Assembly: GCA_965199825.1 (NCBI GenBank)
Contig: OZ241329.1
Coordinates: 1,792,001-1,856,000 of the forward strand
DNA from: Bdellovibrionales bacterium
Lineage (GTDB): Bacteria; Bdellovibrionota; Bdellovibrionia; Bdellovibrionales; UBA1609
Reading direction: 5' to 3'
Length of the DNA stretch: 64,000 nucleotides
Position 1 is the first letter of the stretch; the number at the start of each line of letters is the position of its first letter. Below are positions 9,798 through 19,983 of this stretch, one piece after another. The notes beneath the pieces were generated by a model. The model saw only the letters and a list, made by a program, of their open reading frames with translations. It was not told the origin of the DNA and did not search any database. Both the position numbers and the translations under genes were made by a program.

Positions 9798-11252
9798 ATG
9801 GACAACAAAAGGCAACAGCTTGAAGAGGCAAAGCGGATCCTTCAAAACCAGTTTGGATATGGGGACTTCCGCGCGCTGCAAGAATCTGTTCTGCAAAATC
9901 TGTTTGGCTCGCGCAATACTTTAGTTGTGATGCCGACGGGCAGTGGCAAGAGTCTTTGCTACCAAATTCCGGCACAAATTTTTAAAGGCCTCACCATTGT
10001 GGTCTCACCCCTGATTGCTCTGATTAAGGATCAATCTGATGGTTTACAAAAAAAGGGGATTCCCTGTTTAAGTCTGCACTCAGGATTAAGTAGCGAGCAA
10101 AAATCACGAACCCTTGAACAATTAAAAAACGGTGATGGACAAATTTTATTTGTAACTCCGGAGCGATTTCGCAAAACCAATTTTTGGCAAGCCATCAAAG
10201 ACCGAGAGATTTCGCTCTTTGCAGTGGACGAGGCCCATTGCCTGTCGCAGTGGGGGCATGATTTTAGGCCAGAGTATTCGCGTCTTGGTAAAATTCGTCA
10301 AAACCTTGGAAACCCCTTAACCTTGGCTTTGACCGCCACAGCACCTCCCGAGGTGCGCGCCGATATTTTAAAAACTTTGCGAATTGAGGTCGCTGAGGTT
10401 TTGGTTGACCGTGTTGAGCGGCCAAATCTTTATTTAAGCGTTTTAGAAACCTATGGAATTGCCGAAAAAGTGCGAACGATGGTAGGGCTGAGGCATCGTT
10501 TTGAAGGTCCTGCTATTTTTTATTTTTCGTTAATCTCAACCATCTACAAATTTTCTGAAGAGCTGAGCCGGCTCGGCATGGATCACTCTGTTTATCATGG
10601 TGATCTTCAGCCAGGGGTGCGCAGGCGCACACAAGAAGAGTTTTTGAAAACCAAAAATGGTTTACTCCTCGCCACCCCTGCATTCGGTTTGGGAGTCGAC
10701 AAACCCAATGTGCGCTTGATTGCCCATGGAGAAATTCCGGGATCCATTGATGCCTATTATCAAGAAGTCGGGCGTGCGGGACGCGACGGCGATTCGAGTT
10801 ATTGTTTTTTACTTTATGACGAAGATGATTTGACCACCCAAATGGAATTTTTAAAGTGGTCGAATCCTGAACCCAAGTTTATCGCAACCGTTTATCATTT
10901 GATAAAAAATAATCTCAGTCGAGTGAGAGCCGAGGGCATAGAATATTTAAAACGCACCATGAACTTTTATAATTCGAGAGACTTTCGGGTTGAGACGACT
11001 TTAGGTTTGCTCGCTCGGTACGATGCAATCATTTGGCCCGAAAGAAATTTTAAAAAAATCGAGGTGGGCGAAAGTGTTGAGTTTGATCAAAACCTTTTTG
11101 AGCTAAGATTTATGGAACTCCAAAAAAAACTTTTTCGGCTTATTGAATACACCAAGATCGAGACCTGTCGCAAAAAAATGATCTACGAATATTTTGGCGA
11201 GCTTGCGGTAATGCCCTGCGGTTTTTGCGATCGCTGTCAGAATCTTTTATGA
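9798..11252 (+). CDS. recQ: RecQ-family ATP-dependent DNA helicase (no obvious HRDC domain)
   Basis: MPTGSGKSLCYQ, DEAHCLSQWGHDFRP, TATA, QEVGRAGRDG and a C-terminal Zn motif CR..YF..CGFCDRC. Confidence 0.9.
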   Translation: MDNKRQQLEEAKRILQNQFGYGDFRALQESVLQNLFGSRNTLVVMPTGSGKSLCYQIPAQIFKGLTIVVSPLIALIKDQSDGLQKKGIPCLSLHSGLSSEQKSRTLEQLKNGDGQILFVTPERFRKTNFWQAIKDREISLFAVDEAHCLSQWGHDFRPEYSRLGKIRQNLGNPLTLALTATAPPEVRADILKTLRIEVAEVLVDRVERPNLYLSVLETYGIAEKVRTMVGLRHRFEGPAIFYFSLISTIYKFSEELSRLGMDHSVYHGDLQPGVRRRTQEEFLKTKNGLLLATPAFGLGVDKPNVRLIAHGEIPGSIDAYYQEVGRAGRDGDSSYCFLLYDEDDLTTQMEFLKWSNPEPKFIATVYHLIKNNLSRVRAEGIEYLKRTMNFYNSRDFRVETTLGLLARYDAIIWPERNFKKIEVGESVEFDQNLFELRFMELQKKLFRLIEYTKIETCRKKMIYEYFGELAVMPCGFCDRCQNLL

Positions 11253-11902
11253 CACCAAAATATTTTCCTCCGCCCGAGTTTGCCTCTTCTGAAGGTCTGC
11301 TGGAGATGACCAAAGATATTAATTCCGATATATTGTTTGATGCTTACTCTAACGGGATATTTCCTTGGCCTCAGGAAAATCTTCCGGTGCTGTGGTTTTC
11401 GCCAAGCGAACGTGGCGTGCTCGATTTTTCAGAATTGCATTTAAGCCAAAGCTTAAAAAAAACTCTGAGGCAAAATCGGTTTGAAGTTCGATTTGATTCA
11501 GCTTTCGAGCAGGTCATTCGGTTGTGCCAAGGCAGTGCGCGGCCTGGCCAATCAGGCACATGGATTACCGATCAATTGATAGAAGCCTATCTTGATTTTC
11601 ATCAAAAAGGTTTTGCCCACTCGGTGGAATGTTATTTAGATCAAGAATTGGTTGGCGGCGTCTACGGAGTTTACGTCAAAAATGTGTTTTGTGGTGAAAG
11701 CATGTTTTATCTTGAACCCAATGCCTCAAAGGTCGCACTTGTTCATTTGATCGAATACCTTCGTTCACACCATATGAAGTGGATGGATATTCAGATGGTG
11801 ACCCCACTTTTAGAAAGTATGGGCGGAAAATATATTTCGCGAAAAGAATTTTTAAACAGACTTGAAATTGCACAAAGCACTAAGACAATCAAAATATTTT
11901 AA
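11249..11902 (+). CDS. aat: Leucyl/phenylalanyl-tRNA--protein transferase (ATG 11249 overlaps the recQ stop)
   Basis: AYSNGIFPW, WFSP..R, TWIT, AHSVE, FCGESMF and NASKVA. Confidence 0.93.
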   Translation: MTPKYFPPPEFASSEGLLEMTKDINSDILFDAYSNGIFPWPQENLPVLWFSPSERGVLDFSELHLSQSLKKTLRQNRFEVRFDSAFEQVIRLCQGSARPGQSGTWITDQLIEAYLDFHQKGFAHSVECYLDQELVGGVYGVYVKNVFCGESMFYLEPNASKVALVHLIEYLRSHHMKWMDIQMVTPLLESMGGKYISRKEFLNRLEIAQSTKTIKIF

Positions 11903-12485
11903 AACGTTGACCCCAAGGTGCCCCACGTTCGGCATCATAATTTTCACTCGGCAGGGAAAGATAATAGAGCATACCCAATACTGCGAGCGCAAAGCCCGAA
12001 ACCAAAAGGATACGAATCCCTCGATAGATAAACCATGACGTCAGCCTTGCCATTTGCACGCGACGGTGTTGGATCATCAATTCTTTAAGACGAACATCCA
12101 GATTGCTTTGGATATGAGACTGCTGCATTTGGGGCAAGTTTTGGAATTGCACACCGATCATAATCAGATCCTGAAAATCAGGATTTTCACGCATCCACCA
12201 TATCTTTTTGGTGTGTTCTTCACACCGCACGACGCGCGCCCACCACGCCATCTGTTCGCCGCCTGGAATCGCAAATTCGACCTTGATCAAGTCGCCAAGC
12301 AAAGGGGCATCTTCACGCTCGATTAAAAAAGCCAATCCGGTTTTAGATAAATCAACCAGCGTGGTTTCTTGAATGGCTTCGGCGCCCTTTTCGTCTTGAT
12401 GCGAAAAGCGCAGCATCTTTTGGTCTTGGGGACGCAAAACATAGCGTGTCGCTCGGGGGATAAATCGTCGAAGAGTGTCACTCAT
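11889..12485 (-). CDS. PilZ-domain protein with a C-terminal transmembrane helix
   Basis: RxxxR (RFIPR) and DxSxxG (DLSKTG) c-di-GMP motifs, ARVVR, IGVQF, and a hydrophobic C-terminal segment. Confidence 0.75.
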   Translation of the reverse strand: MSDTLRRFIPRATRYVLRPQDQKMLRFSHQDEKGAEAIQETTLVDLSKTGLAFLIEREDAPLLGDLIKVEFAIPGGEQMAWWARVVRCEEHTKKIWWMRENPDFQDLIMIGVQFQNLPQMQQSHIQSNLDVRLKELMIQHRRVQMARLTSWFIYRGIRILLVSGFALAVLGMLYYLSLPSENYDAERGAPWGQRFKIF

Positions 12486-12492
12486 AATCTAT

Positions 12493-12519
12493 ATTATCGG
12501 TTGATATTTCAAAGATCGA
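12493..12519 (-). promoter_or_regulatory. Putative sigma28-type promoter of the PilZ gene
   Basis: The minus strand reads TCGA-N15-CCGATAAT, ending 7 nt before the ATG. Confidence 0.45.
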
Positions 12520-13786
12520 AAGTGTGTCTTGTTTTGAAACAGGAGGGGTTAGCAGTTGTTAGTTTGGAAGCTAATTTTGTTTTGAATTTGATATCGACAT
12601 GAGGATTTTTTAAAAGTGAGAGGTAGTCCAAAATATATTCTGGCGAATATCGACCAACAAAATAATCGGTCATAATTTCGTCTTGCAAAAGATGTTGTGC
12701 GTCGTCGTTGTAAAGTTGAGCCATATCGAAAAGGTCTTCGGTTTCGCTCCTTAAGAGATTGAGTCGATCAAATTCTAAAATGGCATCCTTTAAATCATCA
12801 GCACTATAGTACTGCGGCGGAGTCTGAATATGAATTAAGTGGAGCAAGGCCTCAATCTCTTGCTGATAAAATAAAAAAGGTATAGGTCGACCGAGCTGAG
12901 CATAATCAAGATTTTTAAAGTGGGGATAAAAGTCGGCATAGGCATCTTGAATGCCATTGAGTCTTTGTTTGATCTCTTCAAGATGATAAAGGGTGAGTTG
13001 AGTGACCGGATTTTTCAAAGTGTCTGAATTTAAAATATGATTCCTTCTTATTTCAACGAGGTCAATGAGCGGGAATTTTCGAATGCTGAAATCGGTACAG
13101 GCTTCAAGCACCTCGAAAGCTTTTGATCTTAATGATTCAAAACTTTGATCTGTGTTTAAGAAATTGCCAAATTCGGCTTGAAACTGACGAAGGCTTTGAT
13201 CGAATTTTAGGGCCCATTTTTCTGATTCTTTTGAGCGTTTCCAAATTTCAAGAGATTCGACCCACAGTGAATAGTCTGTGTCATTTTCGAATGAAATTTG
13301 AAAAGGGGGCGGAATCACAAAAATTGAGTTCGGCACCGTGGCCCGTGGGGCTTCATCAATCAATTTTTGGCAATGAGTGAGTGTTGCTCTCAGCGCAACC
13401 TTGATTGCCGCTCCGATAACTGAAGTGTTTGAAGCATTGAGCTGGATTAGCAGGTGTTGAGGCGACGGGGTCGCTTTGGCAAGATCCGATTGAGCATCTA
13501 AAAAGGTTTTAAGAACCATTTCTTTTTTAAAAGTCCAGTGATCGAGCACGTCGAGCAGATTGATTTCAAATTGCTTGAGTTGCGAAGATCGTCGCGCCTG
13601 GCGATTGTCGATACCTTTGAGATCAACACCATAACCGAGGCGTCTCAGTGTGAGGTACAAAGCCAGATTGAATTCCGAAGTTTTAAAAAAATTCTGTCTG
13701 GTAAGATGGCGAGAGGTTTGATCTCTGATCTTTGATGTCTGCAGATCTTTTTCACATGGGATCGCACTTGCTTCAAGTGCGATCAA
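12509..13786 (-). CDS. Hypothetical exported protein, paralog 4 of a tandem family (true start uncertain)
   Basis: Shares TSEFNLA, W..K.MVL..FL, ++.AL..TL and a C-terminal YLSLLKNPHV..KFK with the upstream paralogs. An in-frame hydrophobic stretch extends upstream of the TTG. Confidence 0.65.
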   Translation of the reverse strand: MIALEASAIPCEKDLQTSKIRDQTSRHLTRQNFFKTSEFNLALYLTLRRLGYGVDLKGIDNRQARRSSQLKQFEINLLDVLDHWTFKKEMVLKTFLDAQSDLAKATPSPQHLLIQLNASNTSVIGAAIKVALRATLTHCQKLIDEAPRATVPNSIFVIPPPFQISFENDTDYSLWVESLEIWKRSKESEKWALKFDQSLRQFQAEFGNFLNTDQSFESLRSKAFEVLEACTDFSIRKFPLIDLVEIRRNHILNSDTLKNPVTQLTLYHLEEIKQRLNGIQDAYADFYPHFKNLDYAQLGRPIPFLFYQQEIEALLHLIHIQTPPQYYSADDLKDAILEFDRLNLLRSETEDLFDMAQLYNDDAQHLLQDEIMTDYFVGRYSPEYILDYLSLLKNPHVDIKFKTKLASKLTTANPSCFKTRHTFDL

Positions 13787-13803
13787 GGCGCAGCCAATAA
13801 GTA

Positions 13804-15231
13804 TTAGGGCTTGTTGGGATTTGAAAATATATTTAGCCCCTGCTCCATGGCAATATTGCTCAATTGCGCCAACATGCCGCGGTCAGTTTTGCCAATCAAG
13901 TCTCTCAGCATAACGTACAAATCTTGTTTAAACTCTTTGCTTACCGAGGGGTCTTTGAAAAGTTCTAAAAATTCCGGCACAAGAGTGCGACGATAGGTCG
14001 TCCTAAAATATCTGTTGATAATGCCATCTCGAAATCCAGGATTTTTTAACCACAGATCTGAAATCGTTTTAAATTTTAAATTTGTGTCTGGCACAAATTT
14101 TAAATTCTCAAGCGAGCGATTAAGGGCATCTGCAGGGGACACCTTTTCTGAAGAATTAAAAAGTTCATTAATAATCTGAAAATCTAAATTTTTTGAAGCC
14201 TCAATGAGACTCAAAAGTTTTTGTTCCGAAATATTGAGGCTCAGTTTAAGAACTTCATTTTTTAGTGCATTCTCGCCTTTGGCGTCTTCACCAATATTTC
14301 GGCGAGCTTGAAGGATTTTTTCGATAAGATCTTGCGCGTCTATGCGGACATAATGATTTCTGCGTCTGATATCGGTTTCCCACTCGGTTTTACTGTTTGC
14401 GCTCTCTTGGAGAAACGCCAAATGATGAGACAAGTCGCGACTTTCATCTTGGCCTAAGTAAGCAATATCGACCAAACTCGCGGTCTCAACACCTTTAAAA
14501 TTAGCCAATGTGACCCGATCAAAAATTAGGAATTCTTTGTTTTTAAAAATCGACTGCCCCGTGAATTCTTTTTCTTTGGGCTCGAGTGCTGATCGCAAGC
14601 GAGCTTGAATCGGGATCGGCGGCATAAATACCATGGGATGAATACTCAAGTGAGTTGCAGACAACAGCGGCAACGCTGCTTTGGCTGGATCTCGCTCGTT
14701 TGAAAAATGGGCGGTGAGGTCTATAAGAGTATCTGTAATTGCTCGACGCACGCTGCGACTAAATACGTATCGAGGCATGCCCGTGGATTTAAGATCAGTG
14801 ATCAATTCCTTCATTCGAGCTTGAAAAATCAGGGTGTCTTTAGTTTGGGGGCCTGATGCAAGAATCTCGAGATACGTATCCAGTACTTCGGGAATAAAAA
14901 AATGCTCATGAAAGGGCCAACTTTCAAGAAATTGATTTAAGCCTTCGGCATACTCATAGGTCCGTCCCTCTGATATCCACGATAACCTGATCTTTTTTTT
15001 ATCAAGGGCTTTACGAATCGCCAAATTAAACTCTTGGGTGTTGAGCAGCTGATAGTCGAGTAAAAGTTGTTGAGCCTTTTGAGGTGAATCCACTTTCGAA
15101 AGCAAATATTTCGAAACCTTTGAGGATTCAAGCAAATGCTCGCAATTGTCGGCGGCCGATGCGACCCCAGAAATAAAAAACAAAATTAAAAATTTATTTA
15201 ACAATTTCAAATCGCACCTTACTTTCGTCAA
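13804..15231 (-). CDS. Hypothetical exported protein, paralog 3
   Basis: Signal peptide ending ASA, then NCEHLL, SKYLL, TQEFNLA, VDIAYLG and FKDPSVSKEFKQDLY. Confidence 0.75.
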   Translation of the reverse strand: MTKVRCDLKLLNKFLILFFISGVASAADNCEHLLESSKVSKYLLSKVDSPQKAQQLLLDYQLLNTQEFNLAIRKALDKKKIRLSWISEGRTYEYAEGLNQFLESWPFHEHFFIPEVLDTYLEILASGPQTKDTLIFQARMKELITDLKSTGMPRYVFSRSVRRAITDTLIDLTAHFSNERDPAKAALPLLSATHLSIHPMVFMPPIPIQARLRSALEPKEKEFTGQSIFKNKEFLIFDRVTLANFKGVETASLVDIAYLGQDESRDLSHHLAFLQESANSKTEWETDIRRRNHYVRIDAQDLIEKILQARRNIGEDAKGENALKNEVLKLSLNISEQKLLSLIEASKNLDFQIINELFNSSEKVSPADALNRSLENLKFVPDTNLKFKTISDLWLKNPGFRDGIINRYFRTTYRRTLVPEFLELFKDPSVSKEFKQDLYVMLRDLIGKTDRGMLAQLSNIAMEQGLNIFSNPNKP

Positions 15232-16664
15232 TTGATAATTTGGAGGCCTTGGGCTGTTGCAATCTTTAACAGATCACGAAGGACTGCAGGATCCTCGTCC
15301 TTAATTTTATTTTTGAGCATCTCAAATAATAGTTGTTTAAATTGGGAACTCACCGAGTGATCCTCAAGAATCTTCAAATAAGTTGAAGCAAGAGACCTTT
15401 GGTAATTTTTCAAAAAATATTGATCGATGATTTCAATTTGATTTTCTGGATACTCGTCTGAAAAAATTGATATGGCAGTGAGCCTAAGCAGGGGATCGGT
15501 CATGTGCTGAAAGTACAGGCCGGCTTTTATCGTTGGAGAAGAATCGGAAATTGCTCTTTGTCTCTGAAGCTCTTTACTAGCCTCTATGATTACGAAACTT
15601 AGACGTTGGGAATTTTGAGCAAGCTCCAATAATTCAAGTTTGGTTTGTTCAAGAACTGTGCGTAACATTGCCTTAATATTTGATGTTTGCTCAGTCCCCA
15701 AATTTTGAAGCAGGCTAGGGTCGCGATCAAATTTATTTTCAAGTTGTTCGATATAAAAAATTATTCCGTCAAGTTGTTCGTACAGGTGAGAAATGCGAAA
15801 TTTGAGGACCTGAAACCCTTCGGATTTTGCATCTACAAGCTCTTTGGTCCAAAGTTCTTTTATTTGATTAAACTCGGTACGTAAACCCGCAACATAAACC
15901 TGACCAATGTAGGCAACATCAACAATGTTAAATTTGTTGGGTTGCTCAAGATCGGAAAGTCGAGGTGGATTTTTGATTTTTGGTTTGTTGTTTTTAAATA
16001 TCGAATGAGGATTTGGCTGATCCGAAGATAAAGGCGCTAGCGGCAGCGGTTGCTTCAGATCGAGAGATGAGCGTAGTAGCGAGTCTGAATCTGAAAGATG
16101 ATTTTGATCTAAGTTTGAATTGAGCTCATTCAAAGTGTGTTCAAGTGCCTCGCGAACGGCTGAGGCAAAAGCACTTCGAGGAAGACTTGAGGATTTGATA
16201 TCCGCAATCAGATCGTTGGCTCTTTGAGCAACAAAGGCTTTAGCTGGGGTTGAAATCTCTGAGACTAATATTTCCAGGTAAGCATCCAAAACTATTGGAA
16301 TCAAAAAGTGTTCAGCAAAATCCCAGTGATTTAAAATAGACTTTAAATTTTTTGTGTACCTTGTGGTTTGGCCCTGACTTAGCCATTCTTTTTTTAAACC
16401 CTTTTTGTTGAGCGCTCTTTCAACCGCCTGATTAAACTGTTCCGTACCCAGAAGTTGAAAGTCGGTGAGAATTCTGATCCCAGCATCTTGATCCTTTACA
16501 TTTGATAGTAAAAACTTTGAAATTTGGCCAGCTTGAACCGCTTTTAAAAACTCCTCACAACTGTGATTGGGTCCATTGCTCGCAAAAGCAAACAGAGGGA
16601 TAAAAGCTAAGGCTTTAATGCTAATTGCGAACATTAAAAACCACCAAATTTTGCCGGATAGCAA
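15228..16664 (-). CDS. Hypothetical exported protein, paralog 2
   Basis: Signal peptide ending AFA, then SCEEFL, ISKFLL, TEQFNQA, VDVAYIG and LEDHSVSSQFKQLLF. Confidence 0.75.
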   Translation of the reverse strand: MLSGKIWWFLMFAISIKALAFIPLFAFASNGPNHSCEEFLKAVQAGQISKFLLSNVKDQDAGIRILTDFQLLGTEQFNQAVERALNKKGLKKEWLSQGQTTRYTKNLKSILNHWDFAEHFLIPIVLDAYLEILVSEISTPAKAFVAQRANDLIADIKSSSLPRSAFASAVREALEHTLNELNSNLDQNHLSDSDSLLRSSLDLKQPLPLAPLSSDQPNPHSIFKNNKPKIKNPPRLSDLEQPNKFNIVDVAYIGQVYVAGLRTEFNQIKELWTKELVDAKSEGFQVLKFRISHLYEQLDGIIFYIEQLENKFDRDPSLLQNLGTEQTSNIKAMLRTVLEQTKLELLELAQNSQRLSFVIIEASKELQRQRAISDSSPTIKAGLYFQHMTDPLLRLTAISIFSDEYPENQIEIIDQYFLKNYQRSLASTYLKILEDHSVSSQFKQLLFEMLKNKIKDEDPAVLRDLLKIATAQGLQIIN

Positions 16665-18228
16665 CCTCTTTAAACGGTTCGAGTGTAAAGTCCTCGTGCA
16701 CGTTGCGCTTAATTAGGTCATATAAATTTTGTTTGAAATCAAAACTCAGTGAAGGCTCTTTGAGCAAAGCAATGTAATGGCGCGAGTAGGCCAACGAAAA
16801 ATTGTGTTCAAACAATTCATACATTGCAGAAACTTGACCCTCTGGATTTGAATCCCAAATCTGTGCATCATTTAAAAACTGATCGTAAAGGGGTTTGTGA
16901 TCTTTGGCGTAAGAAAGTTCTTTTAAAGCTTTTTGCACGTCGGTTTTGGGTGCAGGTTTACCGCGAACAATCGGTGGTGGCAAAAGCTGCGGTGTCACAT
17001 GAGCGGATTGCTTTTGATTCCAAATATAAAGCAATGTTTTGACCTCGCGATGCTCTACCGCAAGTCGCAACAGAACATTACTGATATGTTCCAACTCTGC
17101 AGACGCCACTTTGATCACAATGTTTAGCATTTTAAGCTGATCATCTTGGGATTGGGACGAATTGAGTCTTCTTTGCAGATTTTGAAGTGCTAAAGAGTCG
17201 GACCTAATTTTTTTAGAAAGCGCTGCACTTGCTTGCTCGACCGCTTCCGAGAAACGATAAAGCTCGGGAGCAGCCTGCTCCAATTCAGACTCTTCAATTT
17301 TATCATTGGGTCCTTGTTTGCGATAAGTGGCGGTTTGTTGATCGATCAATCGGTATTGGTTTTCGATATTTTTGGCCTGTATCGAATAATCGATCAGATC
17401 GAGATGATCCAAATAAGCGATATCTACTTTATTTAACTTTAAGGGTTCGGTTGCGCTACATAAGTTTTTAAAAGTCAGGGGCGATTGATTATCTAAAGAT
17501 TTTGGGATGGTCTTCAAGATTGAATTTGCGGTTTGTGTTTGTTCGCCAGAATTTAAAACATTCAAAAAGTTTGGTCGAACTGGTGCAATCGGTTGATACG
17601 AGAGCGGGAGCACCCCAATGTCTAAACCATAATAAAATGGCATAGACGTGCTATAGAGCTCACAATTTTGTTCGATAAGGCTTTGAGCGTGAACTAAGGT
17701 ATTAGCCAAAGCAAGACGGAGAGTTTGTGAAAACGCATATCTTCCCTGGCCAGATTTTTTTAAGGCGGCCACCAAGGTTTTTGCCCGAGCCGTATAAAAG
17801 CTGTTGATCCTGTTTTTTGGTTTCGCGCTCAAAATATCAACATAAGAGTCAAGCACCGAAGCTGTAAAAAAGGACTGCATCACTTCCCAGCCAGCGATGA
17901 ATTTTGAAAGCTTTTCGGTGAAATTGAAAAGTTGGTTTGAAAATCGGATGTGATGTTCTTTTAACCCATCCACCCGCAGTTTTATCCCCTCACGACGAAG
18001 ACTTAAAAACACAGCTTGGTTGAACTCCTCTGTCTCAAGCAGCCCATATTGAGCTAAAAGCAGTTGCGATTCATCGCTATCTTGAAGTTGGGCGATATAA
18101 AATTTGGAAATCGTCCCATTTTCTAAGGCTTTTAAAAATTGATCGCACGAATCTGGGCCCACTTGGGCCAAACTTAACGTCGATACAGAAAGGAAACATC
18201 CCAAGACAATACTAATAAATTTTTTCAT
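16621..18228 (-). CDS. Hypothetical exported protein, paralog 1
   Basis: MKK signal peptide ending SLA, then SCDQFL, ISKF, TEEFNQA, VDIAYLD and LKEPSLSFDFKQNLY. Confidence 0.78.
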   Translation of the reverse strand: MKKFISIVLGCFLSVSTLSLAQVGPDSCDQFLKALENGTISKFYIAQLQDSDESQLLLAQYGLLETEEFNQAVFLSLRREGIKLRVDGLKEHHIRFSNQLFNFTEKLSKFIAGWEVMQSFFTASVLDSYVDILSAKPKNRINSFYTARAKTLVAALKKSGQGRYAFSQTLRLALANTLVHAQSLIEQNCELYSTSMPFYYGLDIGVLPLSYQPIAPVRPNFLNVLNSGEQTQTANSILKTIPKSLDNQSPLTFKNLCSATEPLKLNKVDIAYLDHLDLIDYSIQAKNIENQYRLIDQQTATYRKQGPNDKIEESELEQAAPELYRFSEAVEQASAALSKKIRSDSLALQNLQRRLNSSQSQDDQLKMLNIVIKVASAELEHISNVLLRLAVEHREVKTLLYIWNQKQSAHVTPQLLPPPIVRGKPAPKTDVQKALKELSYAKDHKPLYDQFLNDAQIWDSNPEGQVSAMYELFEHNFSLAYSRHYIALLKEPSLSFDFKQNLYDLIKRNVHEDFTLEPFKEVAIRQNLVVFNVRN

Positions 18229-18255
18229 ATAGATCCGAGCACTGCAAAACCAATG

Positions 18256-19983
18256 CTAATGGGACTGAGCGAGGCGATCGGAAATAAATTTTTCAACCTG
18301 GGATTCGAGCACCGACAAAGAGACATTGCCTGATCCAATGACCGCATTGTGAAATTCTTTAAGATCAAAACGTTCTCGAAGACGATCTTGTGCCATGGCC
18401 CGCAATTGTTTGATTTTGATCTCACCAATTTTATAACTCAGTGCTTGGCCAGGCCACACCGAATAGCGATTGGCCTCGATACGCTGAGTCTCCTCATCAA
18501 GAGAGAGATACTGCGACATATATTCCATCACCTTTTTTTGATTCCATCCGTACGCATGTATACCGGTGTCCACGACAAGGCGAACCGCGCGAAACATTTC
18601 AAAATTGAGGTTGCCCAGTTTTTCCAATGGAGAGATGTAGATTCCCATCTCGCGACCCAAATATTCGCTATAAAGGCCCCAACCTTCGGTAAATGCGGCA
18701 CAATAAAATAGTTTTCTTTGGTACTCACTTAAGGTGTTTTTAATCTGATAGATAAGCGCAAACTGGAGGTGATGACCCGGCGAGGCTTCGTGAACCGAAA
18801 GGGTTGCGGCTTCGTGCTTAAGCAAACTTTTTTTATTTACCACAAACCGACCAAAAGGTAAATACTCGGTAGGCTCATTATAAACCCCGATGGGTGCCTC
18901 CGAGTTGCTGGCTTCAACCACTTGATAATCAACCAAATTGGGTAATGAAAAAAACTTTGGAAGTGCAGTTGTCACACGGGATTTGATGTCCTGAAAGGCG
19001 GCCATCATTTCTAGAGAAGTTGCAAAACGATTTTTTGGATCTTGATTGAGTGACTTGAGGAACTTTGCAATAGGATCGTGATTGCCAATATCGTTTTGAA
19101 TCTTGCTAATCTGTTGAGCAATCAACTTGACCTGTTCAAGACCCAATTGGTGAATTTCTTTAGCACTCATTTTAAGTGAAGTGCTGGCTTGGATCTTATA
19201 GGCGTACCAATTTTTGGCATGTGGAAGTCCATAAATCCCAAATTGCTTTCGGCATTGAGGCTGATATTCGCTTAAATAAAAATCATTGAATGTACGATAA
19301 GCAGGCAAAATCTGTTCAACGATCATTTTTTTAAAATCGTTTTGAATTTGAGATCTTTCTTTTGCATTAATATTTTTTGGCAAGGTTTTGGCGGGCCGAT
19401 AAAAAGGATTTAAGGCCGGATCACTCTCAAGGGCAGCACTGTAAGAGCGTGGAACAAGATTTGCCACATCACAGCTTTGCACAATCTTTTTTTGTAGGCC
19501 TTTTTTATGAAGTTCGATTTCCCATTGCACATATTTTTTTAGGCCAGAGGCTCGTTTGATAAAATCAGAGTAATGCTTGGTCGAATCAAATGGAAAGTCG
19601 GTGAGTGCGGGGTTGGATTCGTCTAAAAAACTTTGGAGCCGATTCGAAATTTGATTAAAAGCGAGATACTCTTCGGGAAAACGAAGGCTCATGACGCTCT
19701 GATCGATATCTTCTTTAAATAAACGGTAGGTCCGCTGATCAGATAAAGATAATTTTTTAAAATCTACAGTTTTCAGTTTTTGATTTGTATTGAGCACAAT
19801 TTTTTTTGAGCGCTCAAAATATTCGGGGCTTGGGTAGTCGCCGAATTTTGAAAGGTCTTCCTCAATATTGAAGTCGGGCGCATGGAAAGCATCAAGTTTT
19901 CTTACCGCACTCGTGTAGTCAGAAATAATTTGATTGAGATCTTGGCCAAAAGTCAGTGAGGTCAGTAAAGCAAAAAGAATCAC
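18256..19983 (-). CDS. DUF885 family protein (putative exported metallopeptidase); likely start GTG 19983
   Basis: HEASPGHHLQ, AFTEGWGLYSE, RAVRLVVDTGIH and PGQALSYKIG. The GTGA start overlaps the SDR stop. Confidence 0.88.
   Translation of the reverse strand: MILFALLTSLTFGQDLNQIISDYTSAVRKLDAFHAPDFNIEEDLSKFGDYPSPEYFERSKKIVLNTNQKLKTVDFKKLSLSDQRTYRLFKEDIDQSVMSLRFPEEYLAFNQISNRLQSFLDESNPALTDFPFDSTKHYSDFIKRASGLKKYVQWEIELHKKGLQKKIVQSCDVANLVPRSYSAALESDPALNPFYRPAKTLPKNINAKERSQIQNDFKKMIVEQILPAYRTFNDFYLSEYQPQCRKQFGIYGLPHAKNWYAYKIQASTSLKMSAKEIHQLGLEQVKLIAQQISKIQNDIGNHDPIAKFLKSLNQDPKNRFATSLEMMAAFQDIKSRVTTALPKFFSLPNLVDYQVVEASNSEAPIGVYNEPTEYLPFGRFVVNKKSLLKHEAATLSVHEASPGHHLQFALIYQIKNTLSEYQRKLFYCAAFTEGWGLYSEYLGREMGIYISPLEKLGNLNFEMFRAVRLVVDTGIHAYGWNQKKVMEYMSQYLSLDEETQRIEANRYSVWPGQALSYKIGEIKIKQLRAMAQDRLRERFDLKEFHNAVIGSGNVSLSVLESQVEKFISDRLAQSH

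Noticed and set aside
7866..9808. Antisense and alternate-frame ORFs over fusA (e.g. 8418-9014) and similar short ORFs throughout the track
   Set aside because: They are shadow ORFs of well-supported genes and have no recognisable motifs.
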